Notes: generated by a model not told the origin, from the sequence alone. Counted from the first letter of the stretch, positions 26,601-35,440 are shown. The stretch is 49,478 bases of DNA from an uncultured Anaerolineaceae bacterium (GCA_964492235.1 CAZBJQ010000003.1:1-49478), one strand, 5' to 3'. Translations and numbers: made by a program.

Positions 26601-27548
26601 ATGGCGCGCAGAGAGACAACCCCGTCGTCGTCGCAAGACAAGGCTTACCAGGCCCAAGCCAGCAGCCGCGTTCCCAGCGTGGCTCAGGTGGCCTTCCTGT
26701 TGGTGGTGGGCCTGTACGCTGTGGCGCTGATAACGCTGCTGGCCCAGGGCGCCAGCGGGTGGCTGATTGGCCTGGTGTCGGTCCTGATGATCCTGCTGGC
26801 GCTCTACCTGCTGCTGGCCATCAAGATCGCCTATCAGTGGGAAAAGGCGGTCATCCTGCGCCTGGGAAGGTTCCGCGGCCTGCGCGGCCCGGGCTTGTTC
26901 TGGATTGTGCCCGTGGTCGACTCGGTGACCTCATGGATCGACCACCGGGTGATCGTGACCCGCTTCATCGCCGAGAAGACGCTGACCAAGGACACCGTGC
27001 CGGTCGACGTCGACGCCGTGTTGTTCTGGCTGGTATGGGACGCCGAAAAAGCCGCCTTGGAGGTCGAGGATTACCAGGCGGCGATCGCCTGGGCTGCCCA
27101 GACGGCGCTGCGCGAGGTCATCGGCCAGATGGAACTGGCCGACATCCTGGTGGGGCGAGCCAAGATGGACAAGGACCTGCAGCGCATCATCGATGAGCGG
27201 ACCGCGCCCTGGGGTGTTACCGTCCAGTCGGTCGAGATCCGGGACATCGTCATCCCGCAGGCGCTGGAGGACGCTATGAGCCGGCAGGCGCAGGCCGAGC
27301 GGGAACGCCAGGCGCGGGTGATTCTGGGCGAATCAGAGAAACAAATCGCAGCCTCCTTCGCCGTCGCCTCCGAGTCCTATCGCGACAATCCCACTGCCTT
27401 GCACCTGCGGGCAATGAACATGCTCTACGAGGGCTTGAAGGAGAAGGGGGCCTTGGTGATTGTCCCGTCCACGGCGGTCGAGACGATGGGCCTGGGGGGA
27501 CTGGGGGGTCTGGCGGCTCTGGCCGGCGTCCGGCCGCCTAAGGAGTAG
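26601..27548 (+). CDS. SPFH/band-7 (stomatin/slipin-like) membrane protein
   Basis: N-terminal TM, then YQWEKAVILRLGRF...LFWIVP...TKDTVPVDVDAVLFW...REVIG...RDIVIP..L..AM..QA.AERE. ATG 26601 has GGGAGGG upstream. Confidence 0.9.
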   Translation: MARRETTPSSSQDKAYQAQASSRVPSVAQVAFLLVVGLYAVALITLLAQGASGWLIGLVSVLMILLALYLLLAIKIAYQWEKAVILRLGRFRGLRGPGLFWIVPVVDSVTSWIDHRVIVTRFIAEKTLTKDTVPVDVDAVLFWLVWDAEKAALEVEDYQAAIAWAAQTALREVIGQMELADILVGRAKMDKDLQRIIDERTAPWGVTVQSVEIRDIVIPQALEDAMSRQAQAERERQARVILGESEKQIAASFAVASESYRDNPTALHLRAMNMLYEGLKEKGALVIVPSTAVETMGLGGLGGLAALAGVRPPKE

Positions 27549-27788
27549 GCCATGGGCGCGGCCACGGCTTGGGGAGACCGGGTCGAGAGCCTCGGCGGCA
27601 ACTGGGCTTGCCCCAAGGGAGACGACCTCCAGGCAGCGTTTGATGTGCTGCGTCCGGAGGGTGGGCGAGACGTCCGGCTGGGCCATCGGGCCGCCGGCCG
27701 CCGGATCAGGCTGGTGGCCGCCAAGCGCCCGGCGGAAACCGCCGCCCGCCACCGGGTCCTGCCTTGGCGGGGGGCACGACTCGCCGCC

Positions 27789-27804
27789 TGTTTCACGTGA
27801 AACA
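27789..27804. promoter_or_regulatory. parS-type centromere site, perfect 16-bp palindrome TGTTTCACGTGAAACA
   Basis: Read directly. Matches the ParB/Spo0J parS consensus tGTTnCACGTGAAACa at all positions. Lies in a non-coding island. Confidence 0.8.
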
Positions 27805-27929
27805 CCCAACCGGGAGGGGTCGGCTGCAGCCCGCCTGGCACTTCGGGCCGGGCAGGCTGGCCGGTAGGCCCGCCGGTTTCTGCCGCCGGCAGATCGAGGG
27901 CACGGGTCGCCCCGGCCGCGGCCGAGGAG

Positions 27930-27945
27930 GGTTTCACGTGAAACA
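27930..27945. promoter_or_regulatory. Second parS-type site GGTTTCACGTGAAACA (15 of 16)
   Basis: Read directly. The 18 nt GTTTCACGTGAAACACCC are identical to the first site, 141 nt upstream. Confidence 0.7.
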
Positions 27946-28075
27946 CCCCGAGCAGCCAATGCTTGGGGCGCAGGCGGCCCCGTCCGGCGCCCTTCCTCGA
28001 AGCTTCGGGACCCTCCAGCCGGGCCCAACTTCTCGGCCCGGCCGGTTGTCATCAGTGCCTCCTGCGAGGTGACGG

Positions 28076-28966
28076 GTGTTGGACGTGTTGGTGAGAGTCC
28101 TCAACGGCTTGCTGATGCTCCTGCTGCCGCTGATTGTGGCCCTTTGGCTGGCCCGGCGCCTGGGTGCCCGCTGGCGGGTGTTCGCCGTGGGAATGTTGAC
28201 CTTCGTCGCCTCCCAGATGCTCCACATCCCCTTCAATGCCGTGGTTCTCGTGCCGTGGATGCAACGTCTGGGATGGGTCGGCGTCCACCAAGGCTGGCCG
28301 CTGCTTGTCGGCTCGCTGCTGCTGGGGCTCTCGGCCGGGTTGTTCGAAGAGACGGCGCGCTGGGTAGCGATCCGCTTCGGGCTGCGGCGGGATCGCACCT
28401 GGCCCGATGGCGTCACCTTCGGTGCCGGCCACGGTGGCATTGAGGCCGTGCTGCTCGGGCTTCTGGTTTGGGTGACGCTGGCCCAGATGCTGGCCTATCG
28501 CTCTACCGACCTGACCGGACTCGTCCCACCAGACCAGATCTCTCTGGCCCAGGCCCAGATTGCCGGGTACTGGGCGCTTCCCTGGCAGGCCGCGTTGCTG
28601 GGGGCCGTCGAGCGAGCGGCTACCTTACCCCTGCACATTGCCTTGTCCGTCCTGATTCTGCTGGCCATCGTCCGCCGACAGGCAGGTTGGTGGCTGGCCG
28701 CCGTTGCCTGGCACACGGCGGCCAACGCCGTCGCCCTGGTCAGCTTGGCATACCTCGGAATGTATGCCACCGAGGGGTTGCTGCTCTTGAATGCCGGCTC
28801 CGCGGTCTACCTCACTCTGCGCTTACGATGGCTACTTCCCGCCGTCGACCCGGCTCCCCCGCCGAGGTCTCCAGCTGAGGGCAATGACTTGCCGGCCACG
28901 CCGAGTTTGCCGCAGGGGCCATCGGTGGAAGGCATTGAATCAAGCCGGTATCACTCGTCGGGTTGA
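28076..28966 (+). CDS. YhfC-like intramembrane metalloprotease (DUF2324-type) membrane protein
   Basis: Seven or more TM helices with GLFEETARW and GAGHGGIEAVLLG motifs, resembling the YhfC family. The C-terminal tail is Pro-rich. Confidence 0.65.
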   Translation: MLDVLVRVLNGLLMLLLPLIVALWLARRLGARWRVFAVGMLTFVASQMLHIPFNAVVLVPWMQRLGWVGVHQGWPLLVGSLLLGLSAGLFEETARWVAIRFGLRRDRTWPDGVTFGAGHGGIEAVLLGLLVWVTLAQMLAYRSTDLTGLVPPDQISLAQAQIAGYWALPWQAALLGAVERAATLPLHIALSVLILLAIVRRQAGWWLAAVAWHTAANAVALVSLAYLGMYATEGLLLLNAGSAVYLTLRLRWLLPAVDPAPPPRSPAEGNDLPATPSLPQGPSVEGIESSRYHSSG

Positions 28967-29179
28967 TTCCACATCCTTTTCCTTGGATCCTTGCCCGAGT
29001 TCGATTGTCTACGCAGGCCAGAGCCCTGATCGGAGCGCCGTGGGCGTGTCAGGAGAGCTGGGGATGGCACCGGGGAAGGCGGGTCGGTGCTGGCTGAGCG
29101 GCCGGCTACAATGCTGGCCAGCACACGCCGGCCGCGAAGAGGGGCTGCGGCCAGATTGCCCGTCAAGGAGTAGCGAACT

Positions 29180-30097
29180 GTGATCAAGGCCAGAGGATTG
29201 ACCAAGCGGTTCGGCACGGTGCTCGCCGTGGATCACTTGGCGTTCGAGATCCCGCCTGGCGAGGTCTTTGGATTCCTGGGGCCCAATGGCGCCGGCAAGA
29301 CCACCACCATCCGCATGCTAGCGGGGCTGATCGGGATGAGCGATGGGCAGGCAGAGGTCGCCGGATTCCGCGTCGGTGTGGATGATGCCCAGATCCGCCG
29401 CCGGGTTGGCATCCTGACAGAGTCTCCCGGCCTGTATGATCGGTTGAGCGCCGGGCGTAACCTGCAGTTCTTTGGCCAACTGCATGGGGTCGATGACCTG
29501 GCATCCCGGGTTGAGCGCTACTTGCGCTTGCTCGGCCTATGGGAGCGGCGGCATGAGGCCGTGGGGACGTTCTCCAAGGGGATGCGGCAGAAGCTGGCCA
29601 TTGCCCGGGCATTGCTGCATGAGCCCGAGGTGTTATTCCTGGATGAGCCGACCAGCGGCCTCGATCCTGAGGCCGCCCGGCTGGTGCGCGATTTCATCGC
29701 CGAGCTGCGGCATGAAGGCCGAACAATCGTCCTGTGCACTCACAACCTGGATGAGGCCGACCGTCTGTGCGACCGGGTGGGGGTGATTCGCCAACGGCTG
29801 CTGGCCTTGGACGCCCCGGCTGAGCTGCGGCGGCGATTGTTTGGGCGAACGGTGGTCTTCCACCTGGCGTCGGTCGACCCGGCTTGGCCGGATCGCTTGC
29901 GCTCTTTCTCGTTTGTGCGCTCGGTCCAGGTCATGGACAACAAGCTGGTCGTCGGGCTGCAGGATCCCGAGTCCGAGAACCCGGCCCTGGTCCGGTCGCT
30001 GGTCGAGGCCGGGGCCGACGTTCGTTTCGTGGGTGAGGTCCGGCACTCGCTGGAAGATGTCTACCTGACGCTCGTGAGCCCGCCAGCAGAACCCTGA
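29180..30097 (+). CDS. ABC transporter ATP-binding protein (ABC-2/DrrA-NatA type)
   Basis: Walker A GPNGAGKTT, signature FSKGMRQKL, Walker B VLFLDEPTSGLD. GTG start with AAGGAG at 29165-29170. Confidence 0.92.
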   Translation: MIKARGLTKRFGTVLAVDHLAFEIPPGEVFGFLGPNGAGKTTTIRMLAGLIGMSDGQAEVAGFRVGVDDAQIRRRVGILTESPGLYDRLSAGRNLQFFGQLHGVDDLASRVERYLRLLGLWERRHEAVGTFSKGMRQKLAIARALLHEPEVLFLDEPTSGLDPEAARLVRDFIAELRHEGRTIVLCTHNLDEADRLCDRVGVIRQRLLALDAPAELRRRLFGRTVVFHLASVDPAWPDRLRSFSFVRSVQVMDNKLVVGLQDPESENPALVRSLVEAGADVRFVGEVRHSLEDVYLTLVSPPAEP

Positions 30098-30163
30098 CCG
30101 ATAGGCAGGTTCTGCCTGCGCCCGTTCCGTGGCTGGAGAGAGACGCATCCGTCGAGGTGAGAA

Positions 30164-30955
30164 ATGCGACGCATCCGGGCCGTGATCCAGAAGGAGTGGG
30201 AGGAAGTCTTCAAGAACAGGCTGGTCCTGTCATCGGTCCTCTTCCTGCCGCTGTTCCTGACCGCGATCGCCCTGGTCATTCTGTACATGACCGGCGCGCA
30301 GGGAGCCACAGGGGATATCGCCACCGGTGACATGCCGCCGGCGTTTGCCGGCCAGTGTAGCGGTTTGACCGGCGGCGAGTGCGCCCAGTACTGGCTGGTC
30401 AGCCAGTTCATGATCCTGTTCATGCTCATGCCTCTGATCATCCCGGCTACGATCGCCGCCTACAGCATCGTCGGCGAGAAGACCACCCGCACCCTCGAAC
30501 CGATCCTGGCCACACCGATCTCGACGCTCGAACTCCTGGCTGGGAAGGGGCTGGCAGCTGTTCTCCCAGCCGTGCTTGTCACCTGGGGCGCGTTCCTGGT
30601 GTTCGCCCTCGGGGCGCGCCTTATGTCGACCACGCCCGGGGTGCTGGGACGCCTGACAGATCCCTTCTGGCTGCTGGCGGTCTTGGTCGTCGGGCCCTTG
30701 TTGGCCATTTCGGCGGTGAGTGCGGCAGTGATGGTCTCGTCGCGGGTCAACGACCCAAGGGTCGCCGAGCAGGTCTCTGTCCTGGTCATCCTGCCGCTCT
30801 TGGCGCTCTTCTTCAGCAACCTGACAGGCCTGATCGTCTTCAACGCCCAATTGGTCCTCTTGCTGATTGTCATACTGAGCATTCTGGATGCCCTCTTGGT
30901 GACGCTGGCGATCCGGCTCTTCCAGCGCGAAACGATTCTGACACGGTGGAAGTAG
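30164..30955 (+). CDS. ABC-2 type transporter permease
   Basis: 263 aa with 6 TM helices. N-terminal KEWEEVFKNR motif and a first external loop with two Cys. Follows the ATPase gene. Confidence 0.75.
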   Translation: MRRIRAVIQKEWEEVFKNRLVLSSVLFLPLFLTAIALVILYMTGAQGATGDIATGDMPPAFAGQCSGLTGGECAQYWLVSQFMILFMLMPLIIPATIAAYSIVGEKTTRTLEPILATPISTLELLAGKGLAAVLPAVLVTWGAFLVFALGARLMSTTPGVLGRLTDPFWLLAVLVVGPLLAISAVSAAVMVSSRVNDPRVAEQVSVLVILPLLALFFSNLTGLIVFNAQLVLLLIVILSILDALLVTLAIRLFQRETILTRWK

Positions 30956-30958
30956 GAG

Positions 30959-31711
30959 ATGGCCCGCCGGCTTTCGGCAGGATTGCTCACCGTGTTCGCC
31001 GCCCTCAGCCTGGCGGCTCACGTCCACGCACAGGACGAAGGCCTGGAAATCGTCCTGGATCGGTCCTTCGGTTACCAGGCGGGCAATACCATCCAGGGCA
31101 CGTTCCGGGTCCGGCTGCGGGCCGGACCTTCGGTTGAGCAGGCGTGGCTGTATCTGGATGGGGAGGAGATGGCGCACTGGAGGCAGGCACCCTTCGAAAT
31201 GACACTTAGCACCAGCGCCTATGCTCCGGGGACACACGTGATGTCGGCGAAAGGGGTCACCCGCGCCGGCGATGAGGTGACCGCACCGTCGCTGTCCCTT
31301 CGCTTCCTGTCAGCTGAGCAGGCGTTCTCCTCCGCCGGGCACATCGTGATTCCGCTGCTCGTCCTTGTGCTGGCCTTCACTGCCGCATGGGTGCTCTTGC
31401 CGACGCTGATCGCCGGCCGCCGCCGCGGCTTCCGGCCCGGCGAGTACGGCGCGGCTGGCGGTGCGGTTTGTCGACGCTGTGCGCTGCCGTTCTCCCGGCG
31501 CTGGCTGGCTCCGAACCTGCTGATTGGCCGGCTAGAGCCCTGTCCGCATTGCGGAAGGTGGGCGGTGGTGGCAGCAGCCGGTCAAGAGGAGCTGCGCGCC
31601 GCCGAAGAGCGCTGGGCAGCCGATGGCCATGCCGGCCAACTCGACACCGAGGACTCCCAGGCCCGCATGCGGCGCGATATCGAAGACACGCGTTTCGACA
31701 CCTCGCTCTAG
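30959..31711 (+). CDS. Single-pass membrane protein with an external Ig-like domain, one TM, and a cytoplasmic zinc ribbon plus acidic tail
   Basis: Signal peptide (...LAAHVHAQD). Ig-like pattern YLDGEEMAHWRQAPFEMTLSTSAYAPGTHVMSAKGVTRAGDEV. TM IVIPLLVLVLAFTAAWVLLP. Zinc ribbon CRRC...CPHC. Starts 3 nt after the permease stop. Confidence 0.65.
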   Translation: MARRLSAGLLTVFAALSLAAHVHAQDEGLEIVLDRSFGYQAGNTIQGTFRVRLRAGPSVEQAWLYLDGEEMAHWRQAPFEMTLSTSAYAPGTHVMSAKGVTRAGDEVTAPSLSLRFLSAEQAFSSAGHIVIPLLVLVLAFTAAWVLLPTLIAGRRRGFRPGEYGAAGGAVCRRCALPFSRRWLAPNLLIGRLEPCPHCGRWAVVAAAGQEELRAAEERWAADGHAGQLDTEDSQARMRRDIEDTRFDTSL

Positions 31712-31890
31712 GCAAACGCGCAACCGAGTGTCCGTTCCCCTCGCGGACATACCGTGCCCGCGGTGCATAGGATTTCGTGCCTGACACCTGCGTTTTGGCC
31801 GCCGGTGACGGGCAAGTCACGCGGCTGCGGGTAGAATGGGCCCGCCGGCTTGCCCGCGCTACAATGCTGGCCACGGGGGGGCGAAGGCCG

Positions 31891-33369
31891 ATGATCATGG
31901 TCAGGTCGAACAGAGGGCATTGGCTGGTCGCGGCGCTGCTGGGGGCGATGCTAGCTGTTCTGGCCGGGTGCGGCGGGCCTCGCCCTTCGGTCCTTTCGCC
32001 CAGCCCACCGGTGTCCGCAATTGCCCTGCTGCCCATCGGGACGGAGACCACGGTAGCCCAGACGGGACTGCCAGCGGCCGGCACATCCGCCCCGCCTGTG
32101 ACACCGTCCCCATCGCAGCTTCCGACCCAAGCGGCACCTCAGTCACAGCAGCTCATGCCCGGCGGCCCGTGGATATTCCTCTGCCGCGAGGATGGCTCGG
32201 CTGTCCTACGGGATGTTGCAGGCCCCGGCGAGCGGCCTTTCGAGGGACCGTGTTACTCCTGGGTTGCCCCCACCGGCGATCAGCTCTTCGCCGGCCAAGC
32301 AACGGTCGGTGTCTGGAGCGTGCCGGATCTCACCATGCGCATGTCGCACACATTTCCCGATGGTTCCCAGGTCTACGGTGCGTTCCTTGATAACTACGTC
32401 AAGTGGTCGCCAGACGGCGAGAACCTGCTGCTCGTGATCTGGTCGCCTCAGTCGCCAAGGCATGCGTTATACCGCTATCGCCGGGGCGAGACTGCCATCG
32501 AGGAAGTTGGCCTGGAGGGGGAGAGAATCGAGATCCTGGGGTGGTCGCCTGATGGACGTTGGGCGATTCTACTTCTGAATCCCGAAGGGAAGCCGGTCAC
32601 TATCCAGGCTTTCGATGCGGTCAGCGGCAGGGCTGGCTACACGAGCCCTCATATCAGCCGAGGTGAAAGCGACACCTGGGGCCAGATCGTGGGCTGGCTC
32701 GACAACGAAAAGGTTGTCGTCGAGGAGCGGCACCGCCTCTCGGAGGACTACGCACCGGGCGACTACTTGCGGCTGATCGACCTCGGAGCTGGGACCGAAA
32801 GGACGCTGGTGGGACCTAAGCACTTGTGGGGAGCGGCATTGGACCCCACGAGCGGCACCTTACTGTACGGCGTCGCCGATTGGCCTGATCTCATCGAGGA
32901 GGTGCCCGGCCTCTACACCCTGGCTGTTGGCAGTGGGGCGGTGCGGCTCAAGGGGCTGCCTCAGCCGGACTGGACCATCCCCTGGGATTTCCCCTTCTGG
33001 TTCATTCGTTGGCGTCCGCAGATCGGATTGTACTCGGTCCAGATGGAGGAAGGGATGGTCACTCTCAACAGTGACGGGGATGTAGTGCATCGCTTTGAAG
33101 GAGCCTATGAGCTCAATCCCTCCCCTGATGGCATGTGGCTTCTGGTCCACAGCTATGACCCCGCCGGGACTTTCCTATACCGATCAAACGGCGAACTGGT
33201 GCGCGCGATGGGCAGTGCGTATTCGAACTGGGGTCCTGACTCGAAGACCCTCTTCCTTCACGATGCTTCGAACGTGTATCAAGCGGACCTCGCCGATGAT
33301 TGGGCTGGCGTGTTGATGCCCGGATTTGAGAGAGTCGGATCGATTGTCGCTCCAGCAGTGGAAGAATGA
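31891..33369 (+). CDS. Lipoprotein with PD40/TolB-like beta-propeller repeats
   Basis: Lipobox LAVLAGC. Repeated W-SPDG motifs (WSPDGENLLLV, WSPDGRWAILL, PSPDGMWLLV). Start could be 31864, 31891 or 31897. Confidence 0.7.
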   Translation: MIMVRSNRGHWLVAALLGAMLAVLAGCGGPRPSVLSPSPPVSAIALLPIGTETTVAQTGLPAAGTSAPPVTPSPSQLPTQAAPQSQQLMPGGPWIFLCREDGSAVLRDVAGPGERPFEGPCYSWVAPTGDQLFAGQATVGVWSVPDLTMRMSHTFPDGSQVYGAFLDNYVKWSPDGENLLLVIWSPQSPRHALYRYRRGETAIEEVGLEGERIEILGWSPDGRWAILLLNPEGKPVTIQAFDAVSGRAGYTSPHISRGESDTWGQIVGWLDNEKVVVEERHRLSEDYAPGDYLRLIDLGAGTERTLVGPKHLWGAALDPTSGTLLYGVADWPDLIEEVPGLYTLAVGSGAVRLKGLPQPDWTIPWDFPFWFIRWRPQIGLYSVQMEEGMVTLNSDGDVVHRFEGAYELNPSPDGMWLLVHSYDPAGTFLYRSNGELVRAMGSAYSNWGPDSKTLFLHDASNVYQADLADDWAGVLMPGFERVGSIVAPAVEE

Positions 33370-33487
33370 AGGCCCCGGCGCCGGGCCCAACGCCTGCCAT
33401 GTTTGACGTGAGACGCTCCTGCCTGGCCAGGCCGGACAGGGCCGCTGAGCGGCCTGCGAGGGGATAAGATGGCGGCCGCAAAAAGGT

Positions 33488-34224
33488 GTGATCGCCTACC
33501 TGCTGCTGAGCTTCGGGCTGGCCTGGAGCCTGTGGGAGGTGGCCTTCCGTTACGGCCTCGGCCGGGCCGTCCCGTTGTTCCAGCTGGCCATCCTGTCGGG
33601 GGCCTTCGCTCCGGCCATTGCCGCCATGATCGTGCGCGCCTGGGTGACGCGGGAAAGGTTCGGAGACGCCGGGTGGCGCCCGAATCTGCGGCGAACCTGG
33701 GGCTACTGCCTGCTGGCCGGGGTCCATATCCGCTGGCGAGGTGGGTGATCTGGCTGCTGCCCGTTCAGCCGATGTTGAATGCGCTGCTGGCGACGCCGCT
33801 GCTCTGGGGGCAGGAGTTCGGCTGGCGCGGCGATCTCCAGATGCGCCCGTACCCGGGGAGACCGCTGCTGGCGGCCGTCGGCACGGGCGTGATATGGGTC
33901 TGTGACACCTGCCGACCAACCTGTGCGGCCACAACTTCCCCGGGCGACCCCTGACGGGGATGCTGGTCTTCACCGTCAGCACGATCCTGTTGTCGATCAT
34001 CTTCGGCTGGCTGCGGGTGCGGACAGGATCGGTCTGGGCTCCCAGTCTGGCCCATGCCGCCACCAACGCCGTCGGGGGATCGCTGACATTGTTACTGTTC
34101 TACGGCCAGCGGCAATCGCTTGGTGAACGCCTACGTTGGCATCTTGGGCTGGGTTCCCCTCGGGGCGCTGGCGGCGTGGATTGCATGGCGCGGCTATCCC
34201 CGGCCCGTCTGGGTTGAGGCTTGA
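33488..34224 (+). pseudogene. Decayed CPBP (CAAX/Abi) family intramembrane glutamic endopeptidase
   Basis: The family-typical sequence is split over three frames. N-terminal part: VIAYLLLSFGLAWSLWEV... Motif 1 reads GQEFGWRG instead of EE. Motif 2 reads GL*HLP, with TGA at 33903-33905 replacing the Trp codon and a 1-nt shift at about 33897. Motif 3 is HAATNAV. A further shift at about 34105-34115 precedes ...VGILGWVPLGALAAWIAWRG... and the stop at 34222-34224. Confidence 0.75.
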
Positions 34225-34534
34225 CGGCCCACTGCCCGCTCTCATCGCCCAGTTGACAATCAGCCGTCCATGGCCCTGGTGCCCAACTCGACGGAGTGCG
34301 GGCTGTTTCGGCTTGCTGTGTGCGCCCCATCCCGTGCACCTAGCTGGGGGTGGGCGCTCACCCCAGCCGCCGTCGCCTCACTGCCGGCTCGCGATGGCTG
34401 CGGGTCCTCGGCTCGATCCTCAGTGGGTGGTCGGGCGGCCGGCGGGTTTGGCTGGCAATCCCCCTGGGCGCGGCGGCTGCATGTAGAATCGGCGTACAGT
34501 CCAAGCCGAACGACTGGTCGAGTGGGAGCAGCCA

Positions 34535-35440
34535 TTGGCGGATACCCAACCTCCGATCTGCAGCTACGAGGGCTCCGACTACCAGCGGACCTTCTGGGAG
34601 CAGGGCGGGCGCACCTACGAGGACGCAGTTGAAGCGATCGCTTTGCGGCGCCTGCTTCCGTCGCAGGGGACCCGATTGCTCGACGTCGGCGCCGGGGCGG
34701 GACGCAATGTCCCCCGCTACAGCGGATACGGACTCATCGTCCTGCTGGACTACTCGCGTACCATGCTCGAGCAAGCGCAGTCCCGGCTGGGACGGGATGA
34801 GCGCTATCTGTACGTTGCCGCCGATGCCTACCGCCTGCCGTTTGCGACTGGGGTGTTCGACGCGGTCAGCATGGTGCGCGTGTTGCATCACATGGCGAAC
34901 CCGGAGGCAGCACTCAGGCAGGTGAGACAGGTGCTCGGCCCACAAGGGGTGTTCGTGCTGGAATACGCCAACAAGCGCAACCTGAAGGCAATCGGCCGCT
35001 GGCTGGCGCGCCGTCAGGCCTGGAATCCCTTCACTCCAGAACCCATCGAGTTCCTGCCGCTGCACTTCGATTTCCATCCGCGCACGATTTCCCGCTGGCT
35101 GATGGACCTGGGTTTGACGGTGGAGCGGACGCTCACCGTCTCCCACTTCCGCGCTCGCTCGCCGAAGCGCGTGGTCCCCACATCCTGGCTCGTAAGCCTG
35201 GATTCATGGGCTCAGTGGACGGGAGGCCTGTGGCAGCTTTCGCCGAGCGTCTTTGTGCGGTCTCGCGCCGGCCAAGCCTTGGAGCCCGCGAACCCCGGGG
35301 CGTTCTGGCGCTGCCCTGCCTGCGAGGGCGTGATCCTGGATGGGGACGAGCGGGGGCTACGTTGCGCTGGCTGCGGCGCCGTGTGGGAAACGCGCGACGG
35401 CATCCATGATTTCCGCCAACCCCTGTCGCCCGGTCGCTAG
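34535..35440 (+). CDS. Class I SAM-dependent methyltransferase with a C-terminal Trm112-like zinc ribbon
   Basis: Motif I LLDVGAGAGRN and post-motif VFDAVSMVRVLHH. C-terminal CPACEG...CAGCG. TTG start at 34535. Confidence 0.85.
   Translation: MADTQPPICSYEGSDYQRTFWEQGGRTYEDAVEAIALRRLLPSQGTRLLDVGAGAGRNVPRYSGYGLIVLLDYSRTMLEQAQSRLGRDERYLYVAADAYRLPFATGVFDAVSMVRVLHHMANPEAALRQVRQVLGPQGVFVLEYANKRNLKAIGRWLARRQAWNPFTPEPIEFLPLHFDFHPRTISRWLMDLGLTVERTLTVSHFRARSPKRVVPTSWLVSLDSWAQWTGGLWQLSPSVFVRSRAGQALEPANPGAFWRCPACEGVILDGDERGLRCAGCGAVWETRDGIHDFRQPLSPGR

Noticed and set aside
27333-28052. Long ORFs across the parS island (239 aa and 173 aa on the minus strand, 82-135 aa on the plus strand)
   Set aside because: All are dominated by Arg, Pro, Ala and Gly. 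None has hydrophobic-core periodicity, a recognisable motif or a Shine-Dalgarno sequence. This is typical of random open frames in GC-rich DNA.
33903-33905. In-frame TGA at a conserved Trp codon as evidence for TGA-to-Trp recoding or selenocysteine
   Set aside because: Many clearly complete genes in the window terminate with TGA, for example lipA, pdxT and the LLM gene. This TGA also sits among several frameshifts in the same gene. It is a nonsense lesion in a pseudogene.
33113-34066. 317-aa minus-strand ORF spanning the end of the propeller gene and the CPBP locus
   Set aside because: It is Arg/Pro/Ala-rich with no motifs. The plus strand carries recognisable CPBP motifs in three frames, which explains the absence of stops on the opposite strand.
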